A DNA stretch of 64,000 nucleotides. Source: Octopus vulgaris (lineage: Eukaryota). The stretch lies in assembly GCA_951406725.2 (NCBI GenBank), contig OX597818.1:20212001-20276000 (forward strand), in the 5' to 3' direction. Shown one piece after another: positions 14,611 to 27,859 of the stretch. The position numbers and the translations under genes were made by a program. Position 1 is the first letter of the stretch, and each line of letters starts with the position of its first letter. Under the pieces are notes generated by a model. The model was not told where the DNA came from and did not search any database. It worked only from the letters and a program-made list of their open reading frames with translations.

Positions 14611-15724
14611 GTAGGGGAGATGTGTGGAGTGCAGCTTGCGTGAGTTACTGCACCGGAAGTAAAGTAAGACACTTTACCGAAATGGTCAAATGGAAACAAG
14701 AATATGCTGATGTATACATGCATCCGTGTATCTGTGCGTGTGCATGTGCGTACATGTATGCGTATACGTATGTATGCAAGTACGTGTTTGTGTATATATT
14801 TTGTGTGAGTATACGTGGAGTTCCATGACTATCCTCTATTTGCATGTGTGTATATGTGTGTGTGAGTATATGCATGAAATATTTGCACTCGTTCACCGTA
14901 TGTTCTTGTGATAAGTACTTACATGTGTACACACACGCTAAACGCATACAAGCACTTTTACATATATGCATTCATGCACAGATACACATACATTTCTACA
15001 GATACTCCAACACACACACTGAATCGCATTAGCGAGTACATTTGATTATAAAAACGGGCGCAGATAGTGAAAACAGTCGTATATACATGCATATATACAT
15101 ACTGGTTTACGTACATATATGCATACTAATGCCAATAAAGAAGCATACATAAGCTCACAATAATCTGTAGAAATATACGCATATAATAGTGCAAGGAGAC
15201 ATATATGCACAACAGTGCAAAGCAACATCGTATACATATATATATATATATATATATGTCAGTTTGTTTGCACTATTTATGCGAGTGTATACAGACACAC
15301 GCACGCAGAAATAGTGCAATCAAACAGACATACAAACACACATGCAAACATACGTACATACATACACACATAATTATATTTACACACCCACAGAAAAACT
15401 CATTCATATGCGCTCACTTTCATATTGGTTTATTTGTATAGAAATATATGACTGCGCGTTTGCGCGCGTGTGTGGGTATATAGTGTGAGTGCGCGCACGT
15501 ATGAGCCTATATGTGTTTATAGGTAATATGTATGTAAACATGCATGTATATGTATTTATATATATATACACACACACATAGCTATATATACAGACACATA
15601 TACATATACATACATACATAATATATGCATAGATACATACATACATACATACATACATACATACATACATACATACATACATACATACATACATACATAC
15701 ATACATACATACATACATACATAC

Positions 15725-15949
15725 ATTACCGAGTTTGAAAGCAGAGAGATCTATTGGATAGAAATTAATTTATTAATTAACCTATTCATTTTTCAATTCT
15801 TTCATTTCTCAACCAAAATTAAAACTACAAAACATATATGAACATATTATTTTGTATTTTAAAATACCTTGGATGGAAAATCATCAGGATGCACCAAAGA
15901 ACCCTGTTGATTTTCCATCCAAGATCTCTCTGTTTTCAAACTCGATAAT
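15725..15949. mobile_element. MITE-like element with about 28-bp TIRs and an internal hairpin
   Basis: attaccgagtttgaaagcagagagatct / agatctctctgttttcaaactcgataat; internal cttggatggaaaatca..cagg / cctg..tgattttccatccaag. Confidence 0.65.
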
Positions 15950-16099
15950 AGTATTTGATATGTTACGATAGTTTATATAATATATTCATTGAAGAAATAT
16001 CTTTTCAAAATACAATATATTAAACCAGCGTGTCTGGGATAAAAATATCCCTATAAGATGTTTAAATATCCACATCATGACTATATATTATATATATAT

Positions 16100-16495
16100 A
16101 ATAATGATAATATTAGGGAGTATAACTCTAAACTTACAGTAAAAAATTCAATTTAGTATTAAATCAAATTTCACAATATAATTATATAAAATATAAATTA
16201 GAAAAAAAACACACTATTATGCAATTCAAACAATGATAGACATAAACCAAATAATAAATAAAAAATAAAATATATTTTTATAAAGCATATAACTAGATCA
16301 CAAAAAGTATAAAAATGAATAATCAATATATAATAAGTATTATATATTATATATTGATTATTCATTTTTATACTTTTTGTGATCTAGTTATATGTTTTAT
16401 AAAAATATTTTTATTTATAGTTTATTATTTGGTTTATGTCTATCATTGTTTGAATTGCATAATAGTGTTTTTTTCTCTAATTTATATTATATATA
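16100..16495. mobile_element. AT-rich leader plus about 150-bp inverted repeat element (family P2)
   Basis: Arms about 16185-16335 / 16345-16495; leader attaggga...aaacttacag.aaaaaattcaatttag shared with 25232. Confidence 0.7.
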
Positions 16496-16668
16496 TATAT
16501 ATATATATATATTATCGTCACTAATTGTGACTGAGTGTGCCGAAGCACCTATATTGCAAGAAGTAAAGCAAGAGGTAGAAATTCTTGATACTGTATGAAG
16601 CGCACAATATATATACAGCGACAGGGGAGATAACTGTCGCCATGAGCGACTCTAAGATCACTGCACTA

Positions 16669-16714
16669 GAGTAGTTTCGCCCCTCAGTCGTAGGATCGTC
16701 AGAAGCGACTACTC
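16669..16714 (-). ncRNA. Type III-order hammerhead-like motif, minimal or degenerate
   Basis: Minus strand gagtagTC gctt CTGACGA tcct..aggg gc GAAA ctactc; 7-bp stem III and GUC site, but only 4 nt available for stem I. Confidence 0.35.
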
Positions 16715-16913
16715 AATCGCTAGCTAGTTTGGCTAACTCGATCTGTCAGTATATATATATTTACCATAAAAATTTACGGCTGGTGTAGCGAAATGCTACC
16801 GTGTATATTAAAAAAAATAGTAGAAACAGCTAGGCGCAATGTAATACCATAAAGGAAAAAATTTATCGCCCTTAATTGTGACTGAAGTTGTCGAAGTACG
16901 GTTATTTATATAA

Positions 16914-17002
<89 letters not shown>

Positions 17003-17084
17003 TATACGGCTGAAACGAAGGGAGCCATGAAAATAACAACAAAACTAGATAATTGAAATAAATACATAATATATAACCTATATC

Positions 17085-17163
17085 TTCTCCGAATACGATC
17101 TTGTTTCTAGCAGTCAAATGTTCATAGAAATATCTGGATATGTGATACCTCATCAGCGGAAAA
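17085..17163 (-). ncRNA. Degenerate type I hammerhead-like motif
   Basis: ttttccg CTGATGA ... GAAA ... TT cggagaa; stem I pairs, stems II and III do not. Confidence 0.3.
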
Positions 17164-17529
17164 GCAGAAAGAGTCGTATGATAATTTTAAATTTCATATA
17201 CATTGTCGTATTGAAATGGTGATATATTAAAACAGCCGGAACATCAAGGATGTAATATACGCTTGATGTGTATTGTAAATTGCTTTATAAGAGTGCTCTA
17301 ATCACCGAAATTAAAATATTAAAATGGAATTTAAAATTGTATGAACACAATTAAAACGATTATATTTATTTTGTGCAAAATGCTTAGTAGAGAGCTCAAT
17401 AAAAGTGCAAAACGTCTGCTTTAGAACATACATACATATATATTTATACACACACACACATATATATATAGATAAGTATTTTATACACATGCGCAAACGC
17501 ACGTACACACATACATATATATGTATGTG

Positions 17530-17572
<43 letters not shown>

Positions 17573-18004
17573 GTGTGTGTATGTATGTATGTATGTATGT
17601 ATGTATGTATGTTTGTAAATTGAACTAAAGCGGAGTGACACTTAAAACATTGAAACAGAATATTGATATGTTTTTAATCTTCATGTGCGCAAGTATATAT
17701 GTGTGCATGTATGTGTATGTATGCATATGTGTATATGTATATATCAGGGTGGGAGAAAACCGGTAAATTGAAATAGATATACCCCACTGAGTTATCCCTT
17801 ACGTCTATGACCATATTACCTTTCTCTCTTTCAAAAATAATGGCGAACTAATACTAGGACCGATATAATACAGTAAAAATCCATGGCCGTAGCTCAATGA
17901 CTGAAATCTGAACCTAAACAGCACTCAATGTACGAAATGATTAAGACTACATATTGCTTAGAGTGGATGTTGAAAACAATCTTATGCATAAACCAGGTGG
18001 AAAT

Positions 18005-18208
18005 CGTTTCAAATTTTGGTACAAATGTAGGAATTTTACAGGCAGGCAAATAACTGATTACATCAACCCAATGCTCAAATGGAACTTCTTTTATCGACCC
18101 CATAAAAGGAGGAAAGGCAAAGTTGACGTTGGTGGAATGTAAAGGGACGGAAAAATGCTACTAGGCATTTTGTTTGATGCGCTAGCGGTTCTGCCAGCTC
18201 ACCGCCTT
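18005..18208 (-). mobile_element. SINE family B
   Basis: tttcaaattttggtacaa...gattacatcaacccc...ttttatcgacccc..aaaggaggaaaggcaaagttgac...ttctgccagctcaccgcc. Confidence 0.8.
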
Positions 18209-18526
18209 AAGTTTCGCAGTAATAATGGAAACCATACTCACCAAATAAGACGGGCCTAAACAAAAAATTCTTGAATCGATGGAAAAGAAAATAGAACAGT
18301 GCTCCTGTTGTTGGAGATCGCCAACTGGACAAACAACTAGTTCACCAAGTAGAATTACGACATATAATGACTACTAGGGTCAGAAGCTATGAGAGTTTGT
18401 TCACTCTCTCTAATATGCATAAGTTTTCAGACAAAACTCAAGAGACGAATGCATGACTGTATGGTTAAGAAGCTCGCTTTTCAACTATGTGATCTCGGGA
18501 TCAGTCCTACTGGGCTGTACCTTGGG

Positions 18527-18616
<90 letters not shown>

Positions 18617-18726
18617 GATATGTAATTGTAAAATCCAAGAATCAAGGTGTAGGGAGTTAGTAATCTTCAAGCAGTCTGCAGTAGCTATAAAAACAACTTT
18701 CAGGAACAATAATAGTTTATTGACAT

Positions 18727-19001
18727 GTTTCTTTATTAGCCACACAGGGCTGCACACAGACGGGACAAATTACAAAGTAGAGCTTTTCGTTTTGGGGAGA
18801 AAAAAAATGTGGGGTAGGTTTTCGATCAAAAGGGATCGTCAAAACAAAATGATCAATAGGGATCATGTATCACAGAAATGTCATGATGTAAAGTGTAAAG
18901 GGGGAAACAGATAAGGTTTATTCGTGGAAAGGAAAGCCAAGCCTACGGAAAAGACCACGGTAACCTCGGTCAATAATGTCACATGTTAACACATTTATTT
19001 G
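18727..19001 (-). mobile_element. 5'-truncated Tx1-like LINE 3'UTR with 20-bp TSD
   Basis: Matches 22022-22330; flanked by caataatagtttattgacat (18707-18726) and caataatagtttattgatat (19002-19021). Confidence 0.8.
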
Positions 19002-19212
19002 CAATAATAGTTTATTGATATAAAAGGTTGTGGGCTTTTCTCATATCGAAGTTCGATAAGCTGAAAAATGTTTTTTTATGGTTCAAGGTTAGCATCTGGG
19101 GTTGCTATGGGTGTGAATAAAAATCCTTGCACCATCCCCTCAATTTAGCCTAGATTTTACCGACTCTATTCCCTTGTTTACGTCCCCGTAGCTTAGCAAA
19201 AGAGACCAGCAG

Positions 19213-19538
19213 TTACTCTTACTCTTTACTCTTTTACTTGTTTCAGTCATTTGACTGTGGCCATGCTGGAGCACCGCCTTTTAGTCGAGCAAATCGACTC
19301 TAGGACTTATTCTTTGTAAGCCTAGTACTTACTCTATCGGTCTCTTTTGCCGAACCGCTAAGTTACGGGACGTAAACACACCAGCATCGGTTGTCAAGCG
19401 ATGTTGGGGGGACAAACACAGACACACAAACATACACACACACACATATACATATATGCGACGGACTTCTTTCAGTTTCCGTCTACCAAATCCACTCACA
19501 AGGTTTTGGTCGGCCCGAGGCTATTGTAGAAGACACTT
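19213..19538 (-). mobile_element. SINE family A, 5'-truncated
   Basis: Near-identical reverse complement of the family A body and tail. Confidence 0.9.
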
Positions 19539-19718
19539 TCGATCAATAACTGTGATCCATTGGCTATTCTCTTGGAGTCTTAAATCCAGCGTCGACCCTT
19601 TTTTCTAAATACATACAATAAAAATAAATAATTGTTTATCTTTTCCTTAAATTGAAAGTCCCTGTCTTCGCAATTGTTGTTCAAGTGACACAATGTTGTT
19701 TAAATAACATAGTTGTTT

Positions 19719-19769
<51 letters not shown>

Positions 19770-20128
19770 TCGCTCTCTCTCCCCCTCTCTTTCTCTCTTA
19801 CTCGGGCACATATATTAAGTCAACTGAACAACTTTACTTCCTGTGACCATTGGAAACTGCACTGGTATATTTGTTAGTTTTTTTCTTTGTTAGTTTTTCG
19901 TTTCTTTTTGTTCTTAACTTACGCAACAATGTCCGGTTTATTGTGTTTGCATCTTATTGACATTTTAATTGGATGCAGATTTCCACCTTTGTTCTTAATT
20001 TGCCTTGTTGTGTGTCTATTTTCCGTGTTACTGTCGTAGTTTTTGTATGTTTGTTGTTTTTATTGCTTTTATCAATGTTGGGGTTAAGTGTCCTTTAAGT
20101 GAAATTTTATGTACGTATATAGAATTTT

Positions 20129-20383
20129 GTGGAGGCGCGTGGCTTAGTGGTTAAGGTGTCAGCATCATGATCGTAAGATTGTGGTTTCGATTCCTGGACC
20201 GGATAACACGTTGTGTTCTTGAGCAAAACACTTCATTCCACGTTGCTCCAGTCCACTCATCTGGCAAAAATGAGTAACGCTGTGATGGACTGGCGTCCCG
20301 TCCAGCTGGGGAACACATACGCCATTGAAACCGGGAAACCGGTCCCATGAGCCTGGCTAGGCTTTAAAAGGGCACACAGACAG
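20129..20383 (+). mobile_element. tRNA-derived SINE with CORE-like and V-like segments, with TSD
   Basis: A box tggcttagtgg, B box ggtttcgattcc, gtgttcttgagcaaaacactt (CORE-like), gatggactggcgtcccgtccag (V-domain-like); 12-bp TSD atatagaatttt (20117-20128 / 20384-20395). Confidence 0.85.
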
Positions 20384-20539
20384 ATATAGAATTTTTTTGC
20401 ACGTATATAGAAGAATGGAATGGAAGAGAGAGAGAGGGGGAGGGCACTAAAATCCTACTTGAAACTGACCTTATACTCCATCACCTTGGAGGCGATAAAA
20501 AGGAACCCCTTATATATTATCCTTATATTAATTGACACA

Positions 20540-20680
20540 ATCTACTGGTACTTATTTTATCGATCTCGAAAAGATGAAACGTAAAGTCTACTTCAGCGGA
20601 ATTTGAAATCAGAGCATAAAGCCGGAAGAAATATAGCTAAGCATTTTGTCCGGTGTGTTAACAATTTTGCCAACTCGTCC
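20540..20680 (-). mobile_element. SINE family B fragment
   Basis: ctggtacttattttatcgatctcgaaaagatgaaa...gcggaatttgaa...gctaagcattttgtccgg. Confidence 0.75.
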
Positions 20681-20709
20681 CCTTTCTTTTTCCGTATCCT
20701 TTTTACTGT

Positions 20710-21012
20710 GTGGAGACGCAATGGCCCACTGGTTAGGGCAGCGGACACGCGGTCGGAGGATCGCAGTTTCGATTCCCAGACCGGGTGTTGTGTGTGTTCA
20801 TTGAGCGAAAACGCCTAAAAGCTCCACGATGCTCCGGCAGGGAATGGTGGCGACCCCTGTTGTACTCTTTCGCCATAACTTTCTCTCACTCTCTCTTCCT
20901 GTTTCTTGAGTAACACTGCGATGGACTGGCGTCCCATCCAGCTGGGGTGAGCACATACACCACAGAAACCGGGAAACCGGGTCCATGAGCCTGGCTAGGC
21001 TTGATAAAGGCG
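20710..21012 (+). mobile_element. SINE family C (tRNA-derived) with V-like tail
   Basis: Head and body as in 38534 and 29548; tail as in 20129. Confidence 0.85.
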
Positions 21013-21034
21013 ACGTTTATCGCTATCCTTTTTA

Positions 21035-21236
21035 CTATAAGTACAAGGCCTGACATGTATGGGGAGAGAATTAGTTGATTACATGACCCCATTGCGCAAC
21101 TGGTGCTTATTTCATAGACCTCGAAAGGATAAAAGGCAAAGTCGACCTCAACAGAATTTAAACTCAGAACGTTAAGACGGACTAAATGCTGCAAATCATT
21201 TTGTCTGGCGCGCTAACGATTCTGCTAGCTCACGCC
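21035..21236 (-). mobile_element. SINE family B
   Basis: acaaggcctga...ttgattacatgacccc...cgaaaggataaaaggcaaagtcgacctc...gctaacgattctgctagctcacgcc. Confidence 0.8.
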
Positions 21237-21281
21237 ATTTCTTCTCTTAAATAATAAGACAGGATAAGATTGACAATAAAC

Positions 21282-21312
<31 letters not shown>

Positions 21313-21499
21313 TGTATGTATGTATGTATGTATGTATGTATGTATGCATTATATCAAGAGAGCGAGAGAGAGAGGGAGAGAGCGGATATATAGTTAGACA
21401 GACAGACAAATAGTTGTATGTACTTATATTTATATAGCTAGCTAGATAGATAGATAGACAAACAGACAAACAGACAAACAGAAAGACATACAGACAGAG

Positions 21500-21574
<75 letters not shown>

Positions 21575-21607
21575 TAGATAGATAGATAGACAGATAGACA
21601 GACAGAT

Positions 21608-21712
<105 letters not shown>

Positions 21713-21735
21713 TAGATAGATAGATAGATAGATAA

Positions 21736-21901
21736 GTTTCTTTATTGGCCACACAGGGCTGCACACAGATGGGACAAGTTACAAGGTAGAGCTTTTCTTT
21801 TGGGGGATGAAGAGAACAAAAAACAAAAGAAAAAAAAAGGGGGTGGCGTAGGTTTTCGATCAAGAGGGATCGTAAAAGAGAAGAAAAGAACAAAAAAAAA
21901 A

Positions 21902-21903
<2 letters not shown>
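21736..21903 (-). mobile_element. Short Tx1-like 3' end inside a (GATA)n array
   Basis: gtttctttattggccacacagggctgcacacag... as in 22022 and 18727; (GATA)n on both sides. Confidence 0.8.
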
Positions 21904-21949
<46 letters not shown>

Positions 21950-21953
21950 GCAA

Positions 21954-22020
<67 letters not shown>

Positions 22021-22021
22021 T

Positions 22022-22625
22022 GTTTCTTTATTAGCCACACAGGGCTGCACACAGATAGAACAAATTACAAGGTAGAGCTTTTCTTTTGGGGGTAAAAAAA
22101 GGAGAGTGGTGGTTTTCGATCAAAAGGGATCGTAAAAGGAAAGAAAAAGGACAAAAAAAAGGGGAGGGGTTAAAAAAAGGGGGGGGGAGAAGAAAAAAAT
22201 GAATAGTAGGGATCGTTATCACAGAAATGTCAATATGAAGTGTAAAGGGGAGGACAGGTGAGGTTTACCCGTGGAAAGAAAAGCCTACGGAAAAGACCAC
22301 GGTAACCTCGGTCAATGAAGTCACATGTTATATTTCTTTTTTTTTTTTTTTTTTTTGCAAATAAGCAACTCTCTGTATTAATTTTTATGGTTCATAGAAT
22401 CATAGTCAAGGTGGCTTCGTCATTCATACGTGCCATCCTTGCTACATTCACCCATCTTTTTAAAACATTCACTAGACAAAACTTGCCTCTCTACTCTCAC
22501 TTTCCTCTTCAAGTGATACTTGAAGAAGTTGATGAGAGATTGACCAGAGAGGAAAGCGTTTGTCTCTAATCCTTTCAGGCGCGTCCACCAGATACATTCT
22601 TTCGCCATAGCCACAAGTATGATGA
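22022..22625 (-). mobile_element. 5'-truncated Tx1/L1-like LINE (ORF2 C-terminus plus 3'UTR) inside (GATA)n
   Basis: IILVAMAKECIWWTRLKG...LINFFKYHLKRKVRVER fits the L...AK..IW..R C-terminal pattern; pyrimidine-rich 3'UTR with terminal AATAAA; GATA arrays on both flanks. Confidence 0.7.
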
Positions 22626-22965
22626 TAGATAGATAGATAGATAGACAGATAAATAGATAGATAGATAGATAGATAGACATGATTATTTCCATCAATGGCT
22701 CCAAGGGAATTCCATATTCTTTGTTTGGACACAAATGGAATTAATAGATGGGATTGTTTCCAAATAAAGTAGATAAATAAACAAAAATACCACATATGGC
22801 GGATAAATAAACAACAACGAAAAAGAACAAATAAATAAAGTAAATAAGAAATACAAGTACATAAAAGAGAACCCAAATATTAAAAATAAGAAGGGACCAT
22901 ACATATTTGACGCATTCTGCGAATATGTTGGTTTATATATAAAGAAATGTATAGGCTACAGAACG

Positions 22966-23016
<51 letters not shown>

Positions 23017-23065
23017 TCTTTTACAACTTTCAGCTCATGGCTGTGACCTATACACACAAACACAC

Positions 23066-23100
<35 letters not shown>

Positions 23101-23185
23101 TGTATGTATGTATGTATGTATGTATGTATGTATGTATGTATGTATGTATGTATGTATGTATGTATGTATGTATGTATGTATGTAT

Positions 23186-23231
<46 letters not shown>

Positions 23232-23236
23232 ATATA

Positions 23237-23600
23237 GTCAATAATAATAAAGGGCAAAATTAATTAATTAATTAGTAATTAATAATTTTACCAAGCATTG
23301 TTCAGTATGTAAAAGGACCATTTACGGTAAATATAAACATTACTTAATATAATTAGGGTTCAGCAAAAAAAAAAATTGCTTTACCACATACCGAACTTTT
23401 AGAAATAGCAGCCAAAAGATTTAGCTATTTCTTCAACTATAAGAAGAGTCTCCCAGACATTTGAGTATACATTGTCTGGGAGACTCTTCTTATAGTAGAA
23501 GAAATAGCTAAATTGTTTGGCTGCTATTTCTAAAAGTTCGGAGTGTGGTAAAGCAATCTTTTTTGCTGAACCCTAATTATATAAAGTAATGCTTTTATAT
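23237..23600. mobile_element. Leader plus about 128-bp inverted repeat element (family P1)
   Basis: Arms 23332-23459 / 23473-23598; same family as 52369 and 55596; (TA)n on both flanks. Confidence 0.8.
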
Positions 23601-23659
23601 ATATATATATATATATATAGGACGGACACACACACATACATATATATATGTGCGTGTAT

Positions 23660-23988
23660 CTTTTATTGTTTATTTGTTTTATTCATTAGACTGCGCCCAT
23701 GCTGGAGTACTGTCTTGAAGAATTGTTAGTCGAATGAATCTCCCAAGTACTTACTTATTATCTTTTTAAAGGGTGGTACTTATTTTATCGATCTCTTTTG
23801 CCGAACTGCTAATTTACAAGGACATCGTGAAGACACCAAGCGGTGGGGTGGGGGAGGGGGACAAACACAGACACAAAGACACACACACACAGTTGGAGAC
23901 ACTTGCACAAAATGCCATACAGTAGGACTGAACCCGGAACCATGTAACTGGGAAGCAAACTTCCTACTACACAGTCACAGCTGCGCCT
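23660..23988 (-). mobile_element. SINE family A, diverged with internal deletion
   Basis: gactgcgcccatgctggag...ctcttttgccgaac...ggactgaacccggaaccatgt...cacagtcac. Confidence 0.75.
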
Positions 23989-24075
23989 CAGTGTGTGTGT
24001 GTGTGCGTGTGTGTGTTTGTGTATGTATGCGTATGTGTGTGTGTGCTTTTATGTATGTATGTATGTATGTATGTA

Positions 24076-24114
<39 letters not shown>

Positions 24115-24160
24115 TATATATATATGTATATATATATATGTATATATATATATATGTATA

Positions 24161-24194
<34 letters not shown>

Positions 24195-24405
24195 GTGGGG
24201 GATGCACGTCTGTGTATGTGTATGTGTGAGTGTGCATTGAAATGCTCAATCTGTTAGTGACCGGTGGTTTCATTTCTGTCATGTTTCTATGGATTCTGAG
24301 TCTGAAGCAGATTTCTGTATCCAGAATGAAACTGTTGGTCCTTTTGAGGTATTGATATTTCATATGTATGCATGTATGTTATGTATGTATGTATGTTTGT
24401 ATATA

Positions 24406-24635
24406 CAGGGTTGGCCAAATGTCACCCGACAGTAAATCAAAATTCCATAAATACTATCTGCAATTTTGCATTGACTGGTATGGAAAAGCGTGTCGCTCAA
24501 GAAGTTCAGTTTGAACAATTTTCATGATGTTTCATATTTAGATGCTTTTATTAAATTCATTCAGCTGTTAAATATAAATAAATCTTGGAATTAAATGGTT
24601 TTGATTTACTGTCAGGTGACTTTTGGCCAACCCTG
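24406..24635. mobile_element. Tc1/mariner-type MITE
   Basis: About 37-bp TIRs cagggttggccaaatgtcacccgacagtaaatcaaaa / ttttgatttactgtcaggtgacttttggccaaccctg; TA on both sides. Confidence 0.85.
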
Positions 24636-24662
24636 TATACATCCCCCCACACACATACACAC

Positions 24663-24799
<137 letters not shown>

Positions 24800-24825
24800 C
24801 ACACACATACATGTACATATATTGA

Positions 24826-25113
24826 CAAGTCTCTTAACCCCTTGATAATCGTTTGGGGGCTGCAGCGATGCAGCGTATCTTGGGCGAGAAAGCCTGGCTG
24901 AGCCCATCCCATCCCAGGCTAAACTCATTTCTGCAGTTGAATGTCGTACCACTAAACACTAAGCAACGCACCTCCACGAGTGGTACTCGTTTCTACAGAC
25001 TGGGGCGACGAAAAATGAAGTGTTTTGCTCAAGAACACAATACACATCGCCTGGTCCAGGAATCGAGACCATGATCATAAGATCGTAAGTCCAACACCCT
25101 AACCACTAAGCCA
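24826..25113 (-). mobile_element. tRNA/CORE-like SINE with the 20129-type head and a different tail
   Basis: aaatgaagtgttttgctcaagaacacaa...ggtccaggaatcga...ccctaaccactaagccac is the reverse complement of the 20129 head. Confidence 0.7.
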
Positions 25114-25172
25114 CTATGTATGTATGTATGTATGTATACATACATGTATACAAAGATATATTGTTGTGTGTG

Positions 25173-25231
<59 letters not shown>

Positions 25232-25236
<5 letters not shown>

Positions 25237-25627
25237 TATATTAGGGAATATTATTTCAAACTTACAGCAAAAAATTCAATTTAGAAATACTAAATCAAAT
25301 TTCACAAAATATAATATATAAATATATAATATAAATTAGAAAAAAAGCACCTTTTATCAATTCAACAATGAAAAAATTTAATTATACCATATAGAAAAGA
25401 AATTACATTCTATAGAGAGAAAAAAAACACATATACCAATGTACAAAATAATAAATGACACGTATATATTTGATATATATACGTTTTATTTATTATTTTG
25501 TACATTACTTAAACATTGGTATATGTGTTTTTTCTCTCTCTATAGGATGTAATTTTTTTCTATATGGTTTAATTAAATATTTTCATTGTTGAATTGATAA
25601 AAGGTGTTTTTTTTCTAATTTTTATAT
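25232..25627. mobile_element. Leader plus inverted repeat element (family P2)
   Basis: Arms about 25330-25470 / 25475-25627; leader shared with 16100. Confidence 0.7.
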
Positions 25628-25634
25628 GTATATA

Positions 25635-25977
25635 CTAGCAGTATCGCCCGGCGTTGCTCGGGTTTGTAAGGGAAATAACTATAAAGCATTTTTAGAGAGT
25701 TATAGCCAAAAAATGGAGAAGAAAATGATGGTAAATTTTTTTTTAGTTAAAAAGGTCGAGTTGCGTCCCCTAGACAGTCTGTGGTTTGTGTTTCTGATTC
25801 TCGACCCCATGTCGAATTTATCGATTTTTTTCAGAACTGGGGGAACTTTTCAAAATTTTCGCTGTGTTAGTTTTGAATTATGACATTGGGCTATGTGTGT
25901 GTCAAGTTTCATCAGAATCGGTTGAAAGCTGTGGTCAGGGTGAGGGTACAACCTAACAGACACACAGACAAACTGCC

Positions 25978-25990
<13 letters not shown>
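25635..25990 (-). mobile_element. Non-autonomous Helitron
   Basis: Minus 3' end aacccgagcaacgccgggcgatactgCTAG|t (hairpin plus CTAG), identical to the 3' end at 47223-47252; 5' end merges into (TA)n. Confidence 0.8.
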
Positions 25991-26030
<40 letters not shown>

Positions 26031-26053
26031 CACATGCTTATATACTTATAGAT

Positions 26054-26108
<55 letters not shown>

Positions 26109-26574
26109 TAATATAAATGTATCATGGCCTAACATCGTGAAACTAGATGAAATAAAATAAAAAATATAAAAATAAATGAATAGAAATGTATCAGTATATA
26201 TATATATATATATACATGTGTGTGTGTGTATGTCCGTGTGCGTGTGTGTGTGTGTTAGTTTTAGTTCGTTTGGAATAATGATTGTTGGTTCGTTACGTTT
26301 ACGGCCGCATCGTTAACTTGTTTACTGTTATTACACTGGTATAGTGTATCTAAACCATCCGTCACAATATCGTGGCGGTACCACGACATTTGGAGACGGA
26401 GGAAACAACATCTACTGACGAAGGTTTCGAAGCTTACGTAGGTTATTTAACAATTCGTTAGTGATACAACTTGTTAAATGACGGAAGACCTATTAGCTTC
26501 TATAATACAGTGGCAAAAGCAATAACAAGAACAGCAACATGAGTTGCAAAAGCAACTAATACAGCAACGACTAC

Positions 26575-27300
<726 letters not shown>

Positions 27301-27307
27301 AGCTTCA

Positions 27308-27455
27308 AGTTCTGAGTTCAAATTCCGCCGAGATCGACTTTACCTCTCATCCTTTCGGATTGAATAAATTAAGTACCAGTGAAACACTTGGGTCGATGTA
27401 ATCGACTAGTCCCAATCCCCATCATTTCAGGCCTTGTGCCTTTAATAGAAAGGAT
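27308..27455 (+). mobile_element. SINE family B 3' part
   Basis: gttctgagttcaaattccgccgagatcgactttacc...aagtaccagtgaaacac..ggtcgatgtaatcgactagt. Confidence 0.85.
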
Positions 27456-27859
27456 TGTTGTTGTTGTTACTGCATAGATAAAGACAAAGGCACTCAATTG
27501 TTCTCTTCCAAAAATAAAAATCAGCCAAAAAGCGAATAGCTTGTAAATCCTGACACACTTCTCACCTTTATTTGATATGGAATTTTTTTTATATTTAAAC
27601 CTACTTTGAGTCATGCTGGAAGAATTCCTTAAACGAGACAAAATAGGTCACCAGTTCAAAGATCGCTCATTGAGGTCACTGGAGAGGCTGGCGAGGTTTC
27701 AATTGTCAGGAATCGAGGTAGGGGTTCGAGCACCCCTCGGGCCAGAGGACACCACACAAACATACATCTACCGGCTCCCAGTTGGCTATGTCTTTATCTA
27801 TTCATCACAACCATTTTTCTTTGCAACATTCCAAAGCTTCCGTTTACAGGTCAGTAGTG

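Noticed and set aside
23237-23600. Classical MITE or pre-miRNA interpretation of the P1 hairpins
   Set aside because: Asymmetric ends, variable spacers and a hammerhead in the longest copy fit a retroelement inversion better; there are no small-RNA data to support a miRNA.
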